Shown: positions 1 to 9,854, counted from the stretch's first letter. The stretch: 64,000 nt of DNA from Candidatus Bathyarchaeota archaeon (GCA_963826715.1 CAWGYA010000005.1:1-64000), one strand, 5' to 3'. Numbers and translations are program-made. The notes: generated by a model not told the origin, from the sequence alone.

Positions 1-36
1 GTGTTTGCGTTATTGATGATGCGCAAACGACCATAA
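1..36 (+). CDS. 3' end of an upstream gene (membrane-anchor tail VFALLMMRKRP*)
   Basis: Open frame from base 1 to TAA at 34-36; hydrophobic stretch followed by basic residues; T-rich tract downstream. Confidence 0.6.
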   Translation: MFALLMMRKRP

Positions 37-57
37 AAATAGAGGCTAAGCCTCTAC

Positions 58-79
58 TCTTCCCTTTTCATTTTTTTTC
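58..79 (+). terminator. Archaeal U-rich terminator
   Basis: Pyrimidine/oligo-T tract (tcccttttcatttttttca) about 25 nt after the stop codon. Confidence 0.5.
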
Positions 80-301
80 AACTCTAATCATAAAAATATT
101 ACCAAATAGTCCTTGAAGATATATGGGGCTTGATTTGCAGACTATTCAACCTTACCAGACCATCCTCCAAAATAACCCCGCATAATTAACCACTTTTAGC
201 ACTCTTTAGATAAACAAGTCTAAAAATTACCTCAAATTAGATAAATCATATGTGTCTATTAATCTTGAGAAAGAAATAGATCCTCTAAAGGAGACATATG
301 T

Positions 302-1393
302 ATGTCTGTGCTTGTGTTTGACCATGAAACTTTAGGCATGATCCGCTACATCTTAGCAACCCAACGCTTTGAAGAATATTCAGTTGGACCTTTAGGTCTA
401 AGCGAGTACCTTTGTGCATTCTCTTTGGAGCGAGTACTGATTCAGACTGCGTTAAAACTTCCCAAGTTTGAAAAAGAAAATCCCAAAGATATGCGACTAT
501 TTGACGTTGTTCGTTTCTTAGATAAAAAAAATCTTGTAAGCCCTACCGTAGCCAACAAACTCGGGGAATATGTAGATTTTTATGATTCCATAATGCGCAT
601 CGGTTCTCAAGCGATCCCTGAAAAGGCTGGTTCTAAAGCTCAAGAAATCTTGGATTTCCTTTGCATGGAAGCTGGCATAAATCAGGGCGAAGAACTCAAA
701 AATAGAGTATTTGCGGAAATTGCAACCCTTAAAACAGAGCAGCCCACAGAAGAGGCGAAGTGCGAGATTGCTGAATCAGATTTTGATACTTTCAGCAGCC
801 TCTACAAGAAAGGTCCCTGCATCCAGCAGGAAATAGAAAAAAAATTAACAACACCCCTAAAGAGCGCCCCGATATCCAACTTTAGCCCTAATACTGGTGG
901 AATATGGCTGCCTTTTGTGACAAATGAAACATCAGGTAATAGAGGCCATATTGATGGGGCAAGTATTGGAGTATTTTTTACACCGATCAATATTAGGATA
1001 GGCTTAGATTTTGGAAATCGCTCTCATAGTGATAAAATAAGGTATTATGACTTGCTTTTGAAGGGTGAATTAACTGGTGAGTTTGATTTACTTAATCGTA
1101 AAGGTACCGGGTATTGTTTGTGTGACACTTTTTGGTGCTACTACCTTAGGAATGTTCAATCTCTTCAATGGTGTCTCACCTTGTATGGCGGCACCAAGAT
1201 TGCTATAGAAAACGCTATCGAAGAAACAAAGCAACTTCAAGGCGCCCCACTGACAGCAAATAGGTATTTGATTGGCAAAGTGATTAATCGAAGACCCGAA
1301 GACTTCACATACATCGTAAAAGGGCTTGTTAACGAAATCTCAAACGATCTAAACGAACTATATCCAATACTAGAACGCATCAAAAAAACATAA
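302..1393 (+). CDS. Hypothetical protein (helical HEPN-like N-terminus; C-terminal alpha/beta domain reminiscent of McrB-N/DUF3578-type DNA-binding folds)
   Basis: 363-aa ORF with GGAG upstream; domain resemblance by eye only (SLERVL...LDKKNLVS; GGIWLPF...IGVFFTPINIRIGLDFG). Confidence 0.7.
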   Translation: MSVLVFDHETLGMIRYILATQRFEEYSVGPLGLSEYLCAFSLERVLIQTALKLPKFEKENPKDMRLFDVVRFLDKKNLVSPTVANKLGEYVDFYDSIMRIGSQAIPEKAGSKAQEILDFLCMEAGINQGEELKNRVFAEIATLKTEQPTEEAKCEIAESDFDTFSSLYKKGPCIQQEIEKKLTTPLKSAPISNFSPNTGGIWLPFVTNETSGNRGHIDGASIGVFFTPINIRIGLDFGNRSHSDKIRYYDLLLKGELTGEFDLLNRKGTGYCLCDTFWCYYLRNVQSLQWCLTLYGGTKIAIENAIEETKQLQGAPLTANRYLIGKVINRRPEDFTYIVKGLVNEISNDLNELYPILERIKKT

Positions 1394-1475
1394 GCAAACC
1401 AAAAGACTGCTAGAATGTTAGAAATTTACTGAAACTTGCTTCAATGGAAACGAAAAGTCAAAAGGATGGTATGTA

Positions 1476-1934
1476 ATGGCTAAATCCAAGGTTCTGTTTT
1501 TATGCACTCACAACTCCGCTCGATCCCAAATAGCAGAGGGTCTGCTAAGATCCCTATACGGCGACAAATACGAAGTTTTTAGCGCAGGAACAAACCCCAC
1601 GCAACTAAATCCGCTAGCCGTTAAAGCTATGGCTGAGATAGGCATAGACATCTCTGACCAATATTCAAAAAGTATCGATGTCTTCAGAAACGTCGACATA
1701 GATTTGGTGGTATCCGTGTGTCGGGGATCAAAAATTAAATGCGTCATTTGCGCTTCCCCAATAGCAATGGGCAAACCCGAATTGATAACCTCAAGACTGC
1801 CCAAAGCAAAAAGGTATATAGATCGAGCTTTCGAGGACCCCTCAGAAGTAAACGGCCCTGAAGAAGAAAAACTCGCTGCCTTCCGCCAGACAACAGATGA
1901 AATAAAGAAGTGGATCACCCAAGAATTCGCATAA
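1476..1934 (+). CDS. arsC: Arsenate reductase, thioredoxin-coupled LMW-PTP family
   Basis: FLCTHNSARSQIAEG P-loop, SAGT, downstream Cys residues (VSVC...IKC), FEDP motif. Confidence 0.9.
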   Translation: MAKSKVLFLCTHNSARSQIAEGLLRSLYGDKYEVFSAGTNPTQLNPLAVKAMAEIGIDISDQYSKSIDVFRNVDIDLVVSVCRGSKIKCVICASPIAMGKPELITSRLPKAKRYIDRAFEDPSEVNGPEEEKLAAFRQTTDEIKKWITQEFA

Positions 1935-2306
1935 CCTAAACGCAGCCCTACAAGAGATTGCCCCAACCACATTTTGGTCCTTCTACTTGATAGAATAATA
2001 TAGTCCTTGATGAATTCCGATTTTAAGGTTATCCTACGCACTAGTTTAACGTATCAATAACCATTTTGATACTCAAGATCGTCTAGGTTTAAACTAGTAT
2101 GATAGCTTAACATTTATTTACCTATTAGTGTACTAGCTGGAAAATACGTAATAATATAATTGGGCTTAAATGTTTAAAAGAATATGTTCTTATTCTTATG
2201 ATATAGAAAAACCCAGGCCTTAAAAAAGCGATTAAAATAATGATCATTGAGAAAAAAACCAAAAGCGGGATTATTCTGGTCTCAAATAAATTATGGGGAT
2301 ATAAAC

Positions 2307-2546
2307 ATGGTTAAAAGAAAAATAATCCGTTTTAACGCGATAAAGCAACGGATAATTTGCGAATGCGGAACAGAAATATTGCTCATACCTGATGTTAAGG
2401 CTATGAGTGAAGCTATAGAGGCTCATGTTGTTTCGCATATCAAAAGGATTGAAAGCTCTGAGGAGAAAACTTCAGAAGAGAATCGCATCCGAGAGGCATT
2501 GGTTGTTCAGGTTTTTAGAATATCTAGTGAATCCGATAACGAATGA
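2307..2546 (+). CDS. Small C2H2-type zinc-binding protein
   Basis: CECG...IEAHVVSH; paralog at 41097-41330; ATG 2307 is the more likely start. Confidence 0.7.
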   Translation: MVKRKIIRFNAIKQRIICECGTEILLIPDVKAMSEAIEAHVVSHIKRIESSEEKTSEENRIREALVVQVFRISSESDNE

Positions 2547-2928
2547 TCGCTTGGAAATCCCAAGCAAATGTTTTATCATCCCATAATGAAAAAATGAATG
2601 ATGCCTATACACTCTTACAAAATATAGGCGCTTTAATTTTGTTTCTTCCTAAAATGATAGGTATTGTTTTCACTCCTTAAACTAAATCAACCATCTTGCT
2701 CAAAAATCAGACAAGGACGCTCCAACTACTCAGATCAAAAAGAATAACAAATTATCCTGAGGTGAAGAAATTCAAAGATATCTACCCACAAATTTCAATC
2801 TGGAAGATTCCTTTAATCGAATTAATTCAGAGTAATTTGAGTAAGAATTGATTAATATGCTGTATTTTAAATATGCTTTTTCAATTATTGTCCCTAAAAC
2901 AATTTAGGCTTGAAAAAAAAAGATAGGG

Positions 2929-2953
2929 TTTATAATGGTCTCTATTCAATAGA
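2929..2953 (+). promoter_or_regulatory. TATA box plus palindromic operator upstream of a wHTH gene
   Basis: tttataat at 2929-2936; perfect inverted repeat TCTATT-C-AATAGA at 2941-2953. Confidence 0.45.
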
Positions 2954-2974
2954 TATGCAAAAGATGAGCTCAGA

Positions 2975-3226
2975 ATGAGACAGTGCCCTCTAGAAACTTA
3001 CGTAGAGATCCTTAGCCGCCTGATGCAACTAAAACCAATACATACACTTCAAAATACAAATATTGATCACCAAAATCTCAAAGACCATCTTAGTTTTTTA
3101 GTTACACAAGGTCTGATTGAAGCCAGACCCACTGGAGACGGTAATCCAGCCTTTAAAGTAACCCACCAGGGCATTAATGTGCTGAATTTCTTCCAAAAAT
3201 TCAACCCAACTCTACCAACCTTCTAA
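2975..3226 (+). CDS. Winged-helix transcription regulator (archaeal HTH_45-like)
   Basis: LETYVEIL...LKDHLSFLVTQGLI...FKVTHQGINVL pattern. Confidence 0.75.
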   Translation: MRQCPLETYVEILSRLMQLKPIHTLQNTNIDHQNLKDHLSFLVTQGLIEARPTGDGNPAFKVTHQGINVLNFFQKFNPTLPTF

Positions 3227-3654
3227 CAACCAAGAACAATCACTTCGAATTTTTTTAGCGGAGATGTCCCTAAAACACGATAATATTGGAATTATCAGTT
3301 ATGGTTATTCCTCAAATTGTAATATTGCCTCTTTAGAAATAAGAGTTCTATATGCAATCAAGACTTCTTCTATATGGAAAATTTTAATCAAGAAAGTAAA
3401 CGATGCAGTGGATGCCCACAATTCAATCGATCATACTCTATCTGTCAAAGATTCCATAAGCAGACAACTCCATGGTTTTCATGCAATGAAAAACAAGCTC
3501 CCAATTAGCTTAAGACGTTAAGCAATAAGTTTTACGCGCACTAAGACAGTGATTAACCTACAAGAGAAATCTATCAAGCTTGGCTCGATTATTTATCAAT
3601 CATACTTACAGAGAATTCATACAGCATTAATACTGGGCAAATGAATAACAAATC

Positions 3655-3879
3655 ATGAAACCCAGTAAAAAGAGACAACGATTCTTGATGATGCTCCTTT
3701 TCCCGCTACTTGCAGCCATCTTCTTTTGTGGGCTAGTTGCCTCTTTGCTTAAAAAAGAAGACACTAAAACTGGAAAAGTAAAAAAACTCTCAGCCCAAAT
3801 AGCACCGTATGATCTTGAAATGGGATTAATTCTAAAAGAAGAGGAAGAAGAAATCCACACTAAAACTCGCCATTTGTAA
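3655..3879 (+). CDS. Small single-pass membrane protein
   Basis: One hydrophobic helix plus charged tail LEMGLILKEEEEEI; decayed paralog near 27.1 kb. Confidence 0.65.
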   Translation: MKPSKKRQRFLMMLLFPLLAAIFFCGLVASLLKKEDTKTGKVKKLSAQIAPYDLEMGLILKEEEEEIHTKTRHL

Positions 3880-4029
3880 GATTGGAATAAATCAACTGAA
3901 AAATTAGTGCAGACAAGCAAAATTGTCGAAACGCCCAGATTTTTGGATAAAAGTTGTTGCATCACAGTGTATCCAACATTTCTTTATATCAAAAGAAGCG
4001 CAAAGTAGCTATCAAGGGATAGCCATAGT

Positions 4030-4118
4030 TAAGCGGGTTTGGCTGTTAACAAGAAAAAGGCAAGTAACCCCTAACCCATTTTTGCCTGAACTTGTTAACA
4101 CAAGGCTTAATCCACTTA
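4030..4118. repeat. Long intergenic stem-loop
   Basis: tgttaacaag 4044-4053 / cttgttaaca 4091-4100; aggcaa 4058-4063 / ttgcct 4082-4087; outer imperfect stem 4030-4039 / 4109-4118. Confidence 0.6.
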
Positions 4119-4365
4119 TCACTAATTTTATCCCTTTCACTCAACTATTAAAAAAGCTAAACCTGACTAAAATGATAGCATTGTTTTCCCCAATTTAGGA
4201 TTCAAGAATCCCTAAATAAACACAAATTAAAAACACAAACAGTACCCGCCCCTCATCAAGAACAGCTAAAAGGTAGAACATCAAAATTGAAGATTCAAAA
4301 CCAGCTTTTTATATAGTAATTTTAATTTGTTACGAGTAAAATTAAGCAGACTACGCGTGGGCTCT

Positions 4366-4788
4366 ATGGGGAAAATTTCCGTTCGAAGTAGAATGAAATC
4401 GCCGTGGCTTTTTCATTTAAACACAGGGTCATGCAACGGTTGTGACATCGAAATATTAGCCACCTTGACACCCCGATATGACGCGGAACGCTTCGGATGT
4501 ACACTAGTTGGAACTCCTCGGCATGCAGACATTCTCCTAGTTACTGGACCGGTAACTAGACAGATGATTTCAAGGATGGAAAGAATATACAAACAAATGC
4601 CTGAACCAAAAGCCGTAGTTGCAGTGGGGACATGCGCTGTTTCAGGCGGACCCTTCAAGGGAAGCGACACAATTGAAGGTCCAGTAGATACCATAATTCC
4701 AGTTGACGCTTACGTTATAGGTTGCCCTCCCCGCCCCGAAGCGATAATCAAAGGAATCGTTGAGGCACTGAACAAAAAGTTTGGATGA
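4366..4788 (+). CDS. Group 4 [NiFe]-hydrogenase small subunit (NuoB/EchC/MbhJ-like)
   Basis: GSCNGCDIE, PRHADILLVTG, GTCA, GCPPRP; likely start ATG 4366. Confidence 0.95.
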   Translation: MGKISVRSRMKSPWLFHLNTGSCNGCDIEILATLTPRYDAERFGCTLVGTPRHADILLVTGPVTRQMISRMERIYKQMPEPKAVVAVGTCAVSGGPFKGSDTIEGPVDTIIPVDAYVIGCPPRPEAIIKGIVEALNKKFG

Positions 4789-5923
4789 AAAATTGACACA
4801 AGGAAAAAAAATTGATATTCACTATTCAAGATGCATTATCCCAGTTGGGCCAGTGTTCCCTGCGCTAAAAGAGCCGGTTAACATCAAAGTTACCCTAAAC
4901 AAAGAAATAATAACCGATGTGGAGTTTCGATTGGGATATGCCCACAGAGGCATAGAGGCGCTGACCCAAAAACGAAACATCATACAATCGCTTTATCTGG
5001 TAGAAAGAATTTGCGGCATATGCTCGCATAGTCACGGTACATGTTATAGTCAAGTTATTGAAGAAGTAGGCGGTATCCAGCCACCACCACGCGCCATCTA
5101 CATTAGAACATTGATAGCGGAACTAGAACGAATACACAGCCACATGCTATGGCTTGGAGTCACCGCTTACGGCGTCGGCTTTGACACTTTCTTCATGTAT
5201 GCAATGCGGATTCGAGAACAAGTAATGGATATTTTCGAGGAAGCCACAGGAAACCGCGTGCACCATTCCCTAAATACGATAGGTGGCATAAGAACAGACC
5301 TACAACCACAATCAATCCAAAAAATCCAAACATTTATGGCAGAAGTAGAAAAAACATCTCAATACATGTTTGAGGTTCTTCACAGCAAAACGTTAAAGGG
5401 TCGGTTGAAGGATGTGGGTGTCCTAAAAAAGGAGGACGCTGAAAAATTCTGTGTAGTTGGACCAATCGCTAGAGCTTCAGGCATAGACTATGATATACGC
5501 ACAGAAGATCCTTACGCTGCATATGGAGATCTGAAAAGTTATTTCTCCAAAATCATTGGTTCAAAGGGCGACGCTTTTGCACGAGCAGAAGTGAGAATTT
5601 TGGAGATAAAGGAATCACGCAAAATAATTAATGCAATTTTAGATGATCTCCCGACTGGGCCTATTCGAGTGGATGCGTCAGCTTTGAAAGTGTCGCGGGG
5701 AATAAAAGCTGGAGAAGCAGTTTCTCGGGTTGAGGCACCTAGAGGCGAACTTCTCTATTACGCAAAAACTAACGGCAAAGAAGGACTAAAACGACTAAAA
5801 ATTCGTACGCCAACCCTAGCGAACATTATTTGCCTGAAGACCCTGCTTTTAGGTCTAGAAGTTGCGGATATACCAGTTGTTGTAGCTTCGATTGATCCAT
5901 GTATAAGCTGTACTGATAGATAA
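4781..5923 (+). CDS. Group 4 [NiFe]-hydrogenase large catalytic subunit (EchE/MbhL-like)
   Basis: GYAHRGIE, L1 ERICGICSHSH, EAPRGE, L2 DPCISCTDR at the extreme C-terminus; all four Ni-ligating Cys present. Confidence 0.95.
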   Translation: MDEKLTQGKKIDIHYSRCIIPVGPVFPALKEPVNIKVTLNKEIITDVEFRLGYAHRGIEALTQKRNIIQSLYLVERICGICSHSHGTCYSQVIEEVGGIQPPPRAIYIRTLIAELERIHSHMLWLGVTAYGVGFDTFFMYAMRIREQVMDIFEEATGNRVHHSLNTIGGIRTDLQPQSIQKIQTFMAEVEKTSQYMFEVLHSKTLKGRLKDVGVLKKEDAEKFCVVGPIARASGIDYDIRTEDPYAAYGDLKSYFSKIIGSKGDAFARAEVRILEIKESRKIINAILDDLPTGPIRVDASALKVSRGIKAGEAVSRVEAPRGELLYYAKTNGKEGLKRLKIRTPTLANIICLKTLLLGLEVADIPVVVASIDPCISCTDR

Positions 5924-5937
5924 CGGTGGCCTAAACT

Positions 5938-6897
5938 ATGCTTGATACCACATTGGGAATAATAATCACACTGGCGATATGTCCACTTATTGTAGTCATC
6001 AGTCTGCTCTTTGAGGGTATGGACAAAAAGCTTCATGCAAGATTGCAAAACAGAATAGGTCCACCAATTATACAGCCGTTCTATGATTTTTTTAAGCTTT
6101 TTGGAAAAGAACGTATAATCCCCGAAAATGCTTCTGCTTCAATATTCAGCATAGCCCCCATTCTAGCAGTTATTTTTGCAGTTGTCGGTGCTTTGATTCC
6201 CTTCATCGCTACTTTGCTTCGAGTTAACTTCGCTGGAGATCTGATTCTTGTTATCTACCTGTTGAATATGCCTTCTTTGATGATTATGATTGGAGGTGCT
6301 TCTTCAGGAAACCCTTTTGCGACAATCGGGTTCTCACGGGCAATAACTATGTTGCTTGCGTACGAAGTCCCATTTGTTCTATCCATAGGATTAATCGCCT
6401 TCAAGACTGGCTTCTCAGTAACTTCCTATAACATAATTATTGCTCAAGAAATAGCTGGCATGCCCCTCGCGTTTTCCTACGTTAGCATGGCACTTGCAGC
6501 CGCAGCTTTTCTATTTTGTATACCCATAGCAGTTGGAGTATTGCCTTTTGATTTATCCGAGGCAAAAACTGAAATTGCTTCAGGATCACTTATTGAATAC
6601 AGTGGACCCTACCTTGCTTTGATGAAGTTGTCCAAAACCGTATTGGCGTTTGCCTTATCTTTCCTTGCAGCAACACTCTTCTTTAACATGTACGCTCTAA
6701 GCAACCGTCACTTTCTGGGGCCTGCAACCGACTTAGTCGTCAATCTGTTAGTCGCGTTGTTTATTATGTTCTTAACGATAACATTGCCAAGAACATTATT
6801 TGCCCGGGCTAAATCTAAACAAATAGTAAAGTTCTACTGGACAATTCCCTTGTCAATAATTATATTGGCAACGATATTCAACATAATGGGGCTATAG
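5938..6897 (+). CDS. Hydrogenase membrane anchor subunit (NuoH/EchB/HycD-like)
   Basis: ARLQNRIGPPIIQPFYDFFKL, PFDLSEAKTEI, EYSGP. Confidence 0.93.
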   Translation: MLDTTLGIIITLAICPLIVVISLLFEGMDKKLHARLQNRIGPPIIQPFYDFFKLFGKERIIPENASASIFSIAPILAVIFAVVGALIPFIATLLRVNFAGDLILVIYLLNMPSLMIMIGGASSGNPFATIGFSRAITMLLAYEVPFVLSIGLIAFKTGFSVTSYNIIIAQEIAGMPLAFSYVSMALAAAAFLFCIPIAVGVLPFDLSEAKTEIASGSLIEYSGPYLALMKLSKTVLAFALSFLAATLFFNMYALSNRHFLGPATDLVVNLLVALFIMFLTITLPRTLFARAKSKQIVKFYWTIPLSIIILATIFNIMGL

Positions 6898-6904
6898 ATG
6901 AAGA

Positions 6905-7252
6905 ATGATTAGAGAAGTTATACGTGCATTATTCCGAAAGCCAAACACTGTAAAATCATTCACTAAAGCCAACAAATTCGTGCCAGTTACCGACAGTTAT
7001 AGAGGAAAAATCCAATTTACCCCCACTCTATGCATCGGTTGTTTGCAGTGCATACGAACATGCCCAACAGGCGCCATAAAGGTAGCTGAAAACAAGAAAG
7101 TGCAAATTCAACTTGACAGGTGTATTTTCTGTGGTCAATGCAGCGAGACTTGCCCTAAAAAAGCCATAGCCTTTTCACCTGATTTTCTTATGGTGGCATC
7201 CAATCGGAATGACCTCAATACAGCAACCATTATAATGGAGCAAGAGCCATAA
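6905..7252 (+). CDS. 2x[4Fe-4S] subunit (NuoI/EchF-like)
   Basis: YRG; CIGCLQCIRTCP; CIFCGQCSETCP. Confidence 0.93.
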   Translation: MIREVIRALFRKPNTVKSFTKANKFVPVTDSYRGKIQFTPTLCIGCLQCIRTCPTGAIKVAENKKVQIQLDRCIFCGQCSETCPKKAIAFSPDFLMVASNRNDLNTATIIMEQEP

Positions 7253-7274
7253 ACCGGTATGAGGTCGAAAAGAG

Positions 7275-7736
7275 TTGTCTGACTTGTGTGAAACGGTATT
7301 TCTGGTACTCAAAGATGTAATATTCCGCCATACAGAGTACAGATTTCTTAGCGATTTCCTGATAGAAAAATATGGCTTCATACCGTTTGAAGATAAAATA
7401 AAAGAGATAACAAAATCAAAGATTACCGCGCCGCAAGTGGGGAATATAAACGAAAAAGAGTTCGAAGAAACCAAATACGCTACAACCAAAATCATCTCAG
7501 GCACATTTTCTGATTCTGAGATAAAAATCTACATTCTTGGCGAAGTTGCCCAAAAAGAAGACATAGTTGATATAAACGAAAAGGAAAACCACAAAGTATA
7601 CAATAGCAAATATCAACTTATAAAAATTGCAAGCAAAAGCGGCTACGCAATAACTCAGCTTATGGAAAGTTTAAACGTTGATTTAGGTTTAGAGATAACA
7701 AATAAAGACTGGTTTTTCCACCGAGGCAACGAATAG
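7275..7736 (+). CDS. Hypothetical soluble protein in the hydrogenase cluster
   Basis: 153-aa ORF 22 nt after the NuoI-like gene with GAGG upstream; no recognised motif. Confidence 0.7.
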   Translation: MSDLCETVFLVLKDVIFRHTEYRFLSDFLIEKYGFIPFEDKIKEITKSKITAPQVGNINEKEFEETKYATTKIISGTFSDSEIKIYILGEVAQKEDIVDINEKENHKVYNSKYQLIKIASKSGYAITQLMESLNVDLGLEITNKDWFFHRGNE

Positions 7737-7743
7737 CAATATG

Positions 7744-9207
7744 TTAAATGGGCGGAATTAATCCCAGTAGTAGCCCGGGTATCAGTCCAATTAATAGAGC
7801 AATTCCAGCTAAGATTATGCCAGGCAACCACATACTTCTATCCACTTCAAGGGTAACCTGGTCAGTGTTTGGTGTCCCAAGGAATATTTTATTAAACGAC
7901 CGAATCAAAACGATGAACGGCACCATTGAAAAACCTGCCAAGAGCACCAATGCAGCCACGGATAACACGATGCCCATCTGCGGAAGTAACGAATAATAGA
8001 CTGAATTGAATATAAGCCATTTGGCATAAAAACCACTCAGCGGTGGAATACCAACTAAAGAAAGCACGCATATTAGGTAGGTTATGGCGGTTTTCTTCAT
8101 TTTTCCGAATAATCCCCCCAGTTGACTCATATTTCTGATTCCGGTTTGTATGTAAACCGAGCCCAAACAGAGAAGAATTCCTGCCTTCATCAGCGCCCCG
8201 TTGATTATGTATACTTGCCCCGCCAACGATCCGAGAGGTGTAAATAGTCCTAAGGCTAAGAGAGCTGTTCCGAATGTGTCGATACTTATATACGCTATCA
8301 TATGTAGAGCATCTTTTTGGGTGTAGGCAAGTAGCGAACCGAAAACCATAGATGCAACTCCGACACCAGACATTATCAAAATAATCAGTAAAGATGGATA
8401 AATCCCATAAAATGGCAAGACAACCTTGTACAGAGTCAGAATGAGTGCTATGGGTTCTGCACAGAAGAAAATGTTCACTACAGGCGTCGATGCAGGGAAA
8501 ACATCGGGCAACCAACCATGGAAAGGAACAAGCCCTATATCAGCGCCTATTCCAGCCACTAAAAGAACAACAACAATTAGCACAAGCCGTGCGTTCTCTG
8601 CTAAAGCACCTGGACTGTTAGCTATTTCAATAAGATTTGAGGTTCCAGTGGTCATGTAAACCAGTAGAGTCGCTGTCAAAACGAATAAAGCACTAACTGC
8701 GGTGATAATTAAGTACTTGAAACTTGCTTCTGGCGATAACTTTCCAGGGGCATGAACAACAAGAATTATAGAAACACCGATCAGCAGCTCAACCATCAGG
8801 AAGATTCCGAACAAATCAAAAATACTTAACAGTCCAAGCATGCAGAAAAGGAACACAAAGACAAACATGTTGTAGAAACTCGGTTTTAAGCGTCCTTCCT
8901 TATCACCATTCATGCCGTAAATTGAAGCTAAAAAGAAAATGATGACTACCGCTAAAAGGGGTGCAATGTTGGAGAGATCAACTTGAAGGGAAAGCCAAGG
9001 TGTCTGCAGGGAATCTCCAGATAAAACCAGGGGAATCATCGAGGCTACTATGGCTAACGTTAAACCGGTTCCAAACACCATCAATATTTTATGCCCTTTA
9101 ATTTTTGCAATGAATGGATCTAAATATCTAAATGGATATGTCGAGAGCGACAAGGCACCGATGAAGAACGGCACAATAAGCATAACTAACGGTAAAATTG
9201 ACTCCAT
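7744..9207 (-). CDS. Antiporter-like membrane subunit (MrpD/NuoM-N/HyfF family)
   Basis: About 14 TM helices; EASFKY, PFHGWLPD, GGL, GIPPLSGFYAKW. Confidence 0.92.
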   Translation of the reverse strand: MESILPLVMLIVPFFIGALSLSTYPFRYLDPFIAKIKGHKILMVFGTGLTLAIVASMIPLVLSGDSLQTPWLSLQVDLSNIAPLLAVVIIFFLASIYGMNGDKEGRLKPSFYNMFVFVFLFCMLGLLSIFDLFGIFLMVELLIGVSIILVVHAPGKLSPEASFKYLIITAVSALFVLTATLLVYMTTGTSNLIEIANSPGALAENARLVLIVVVLLVAGIGADIGLVPFHGWLPDVFPASTPVVNIFFCAEPIALILTLYKVVLPFYGIYPSLLIILIMSGVGVASMVFGSLLAYTQKDALHMIAYISIDTFGTALLALGLFTPLGSLAGQVYIINGALMKAGILLCLGSVYIQTGIRNMSQLGGLFGKMKKTAITYLICVLSLVGIPPLSGFYAKWLIFNSVYYSLLPQMGIVLSVAALVLLAGFSMVPFIVLIRSFNKIFLGTPNTDQVTLEVDRSMWLPGIILAGIALLIGLIPGLLLGLIPPI

Positions 9208-9851
9208 TACTCTTTACCTCTCCAATCATCAATTGAGAGAGAACCATATTCTTTGTAGCCTTCTGAGATAACAAAGACACCTACGATGTTGGTAAAGATC
9301 ATAATCCCCAACATGAACGGAATAATTGTAATTGGGCTTTCAACCATCAAAGGATAAAGTGAAGTTTCAGCCATGTTAAAAGCAACCAGAATTTTCAGTG
9401 GATCTTTGCGGGTTACGATTATGCCGATTGAAACAGCGAAGATAAAAAAAGTGAAAGGCAGCACCTCAAATTGAGGAGGTAAATTGAGAAACACGCCAAC
9501 TCCGACGGCGACACTGACAATTGCAATCAACGCGACTGCCACCAATGAGTTTCTAAACCCGATGCTGGGTTTGTCATACTGATTCTTGGTTTTTACCATA
9601 CCCCAATAAATTATGAGCGGTGAAATAATAGCGCAGGAGAACCATTCTGAAAAAGCCATAAGGAAGGATATTAATGCCTCAAACTGGAGACCTACGACTA
9701 AATTAACTATACAGACCATGAGTGCAAAAAAACCTATTCCGCCTGCCTGAATGACAAGCAACTTGATGATTCTTTTTGAGTTGCCTGCGAAGAAGGCAAA
9801 TACGGTGATAACCGCCGAGATTAATAATGTAATTAGAACTACAATTTCCAT
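9207..9851 (-). CDS. HyfE-like membrane subunit
   Basis: Multi-TM; LLVIQA and TRKDPLKILVAFNMAE motifs; lies between two antiporter-like genes. Confidence 0.7.
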   Translation of the reverse strand: MEIVVLITLLISAVITVFAFFAGNSKRIIKLLVIQAGGIGFFALMVCIVNLVVGLQFEALISFLMAFSEWFSCAIISPLIIYWGMVKTKNQYDKPSIGFRNSLVAVALIAIVSVAVGVGVFLNLPPQFEVLPFTFFIFAVSIGIIVTRKDPLKILVAFNMAETSLYPLMVESPITIIPFMLGIMIFTNIVGVFVISEGYKEYGSLSIDDWRGKE

Positions 9852-9854
9852 TTT

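Noticed and set aside
1508-2041. 177-aa minus-strand ORF
   Set aside because: Antisense shadow of arsC with no motif.
2762-2851. Short ORF (about 29 aa) after GAGGTG
   Set aside because: Too short, with no motif or paralog to support it.
3264-3521. 85-aa ORF
   Set aside because: No recognisable features; likely chance ORF in AT-rich DNA.
3923-4198. 91-aa ORF
   Set aside because: Overlaps the long hairpin and shows no protein-like motif.
4781-5923. Interpretation as complex I NuoD, Mbx/Mbs or Ehr
   Set aside because: Both CxxC Ni-binding motifs are intact, indicating a true hydrogenase.
7892-8515. 207-aa alternate-frame ORF
   Set aside because: Nested in the well-supported antiporter-like gene.
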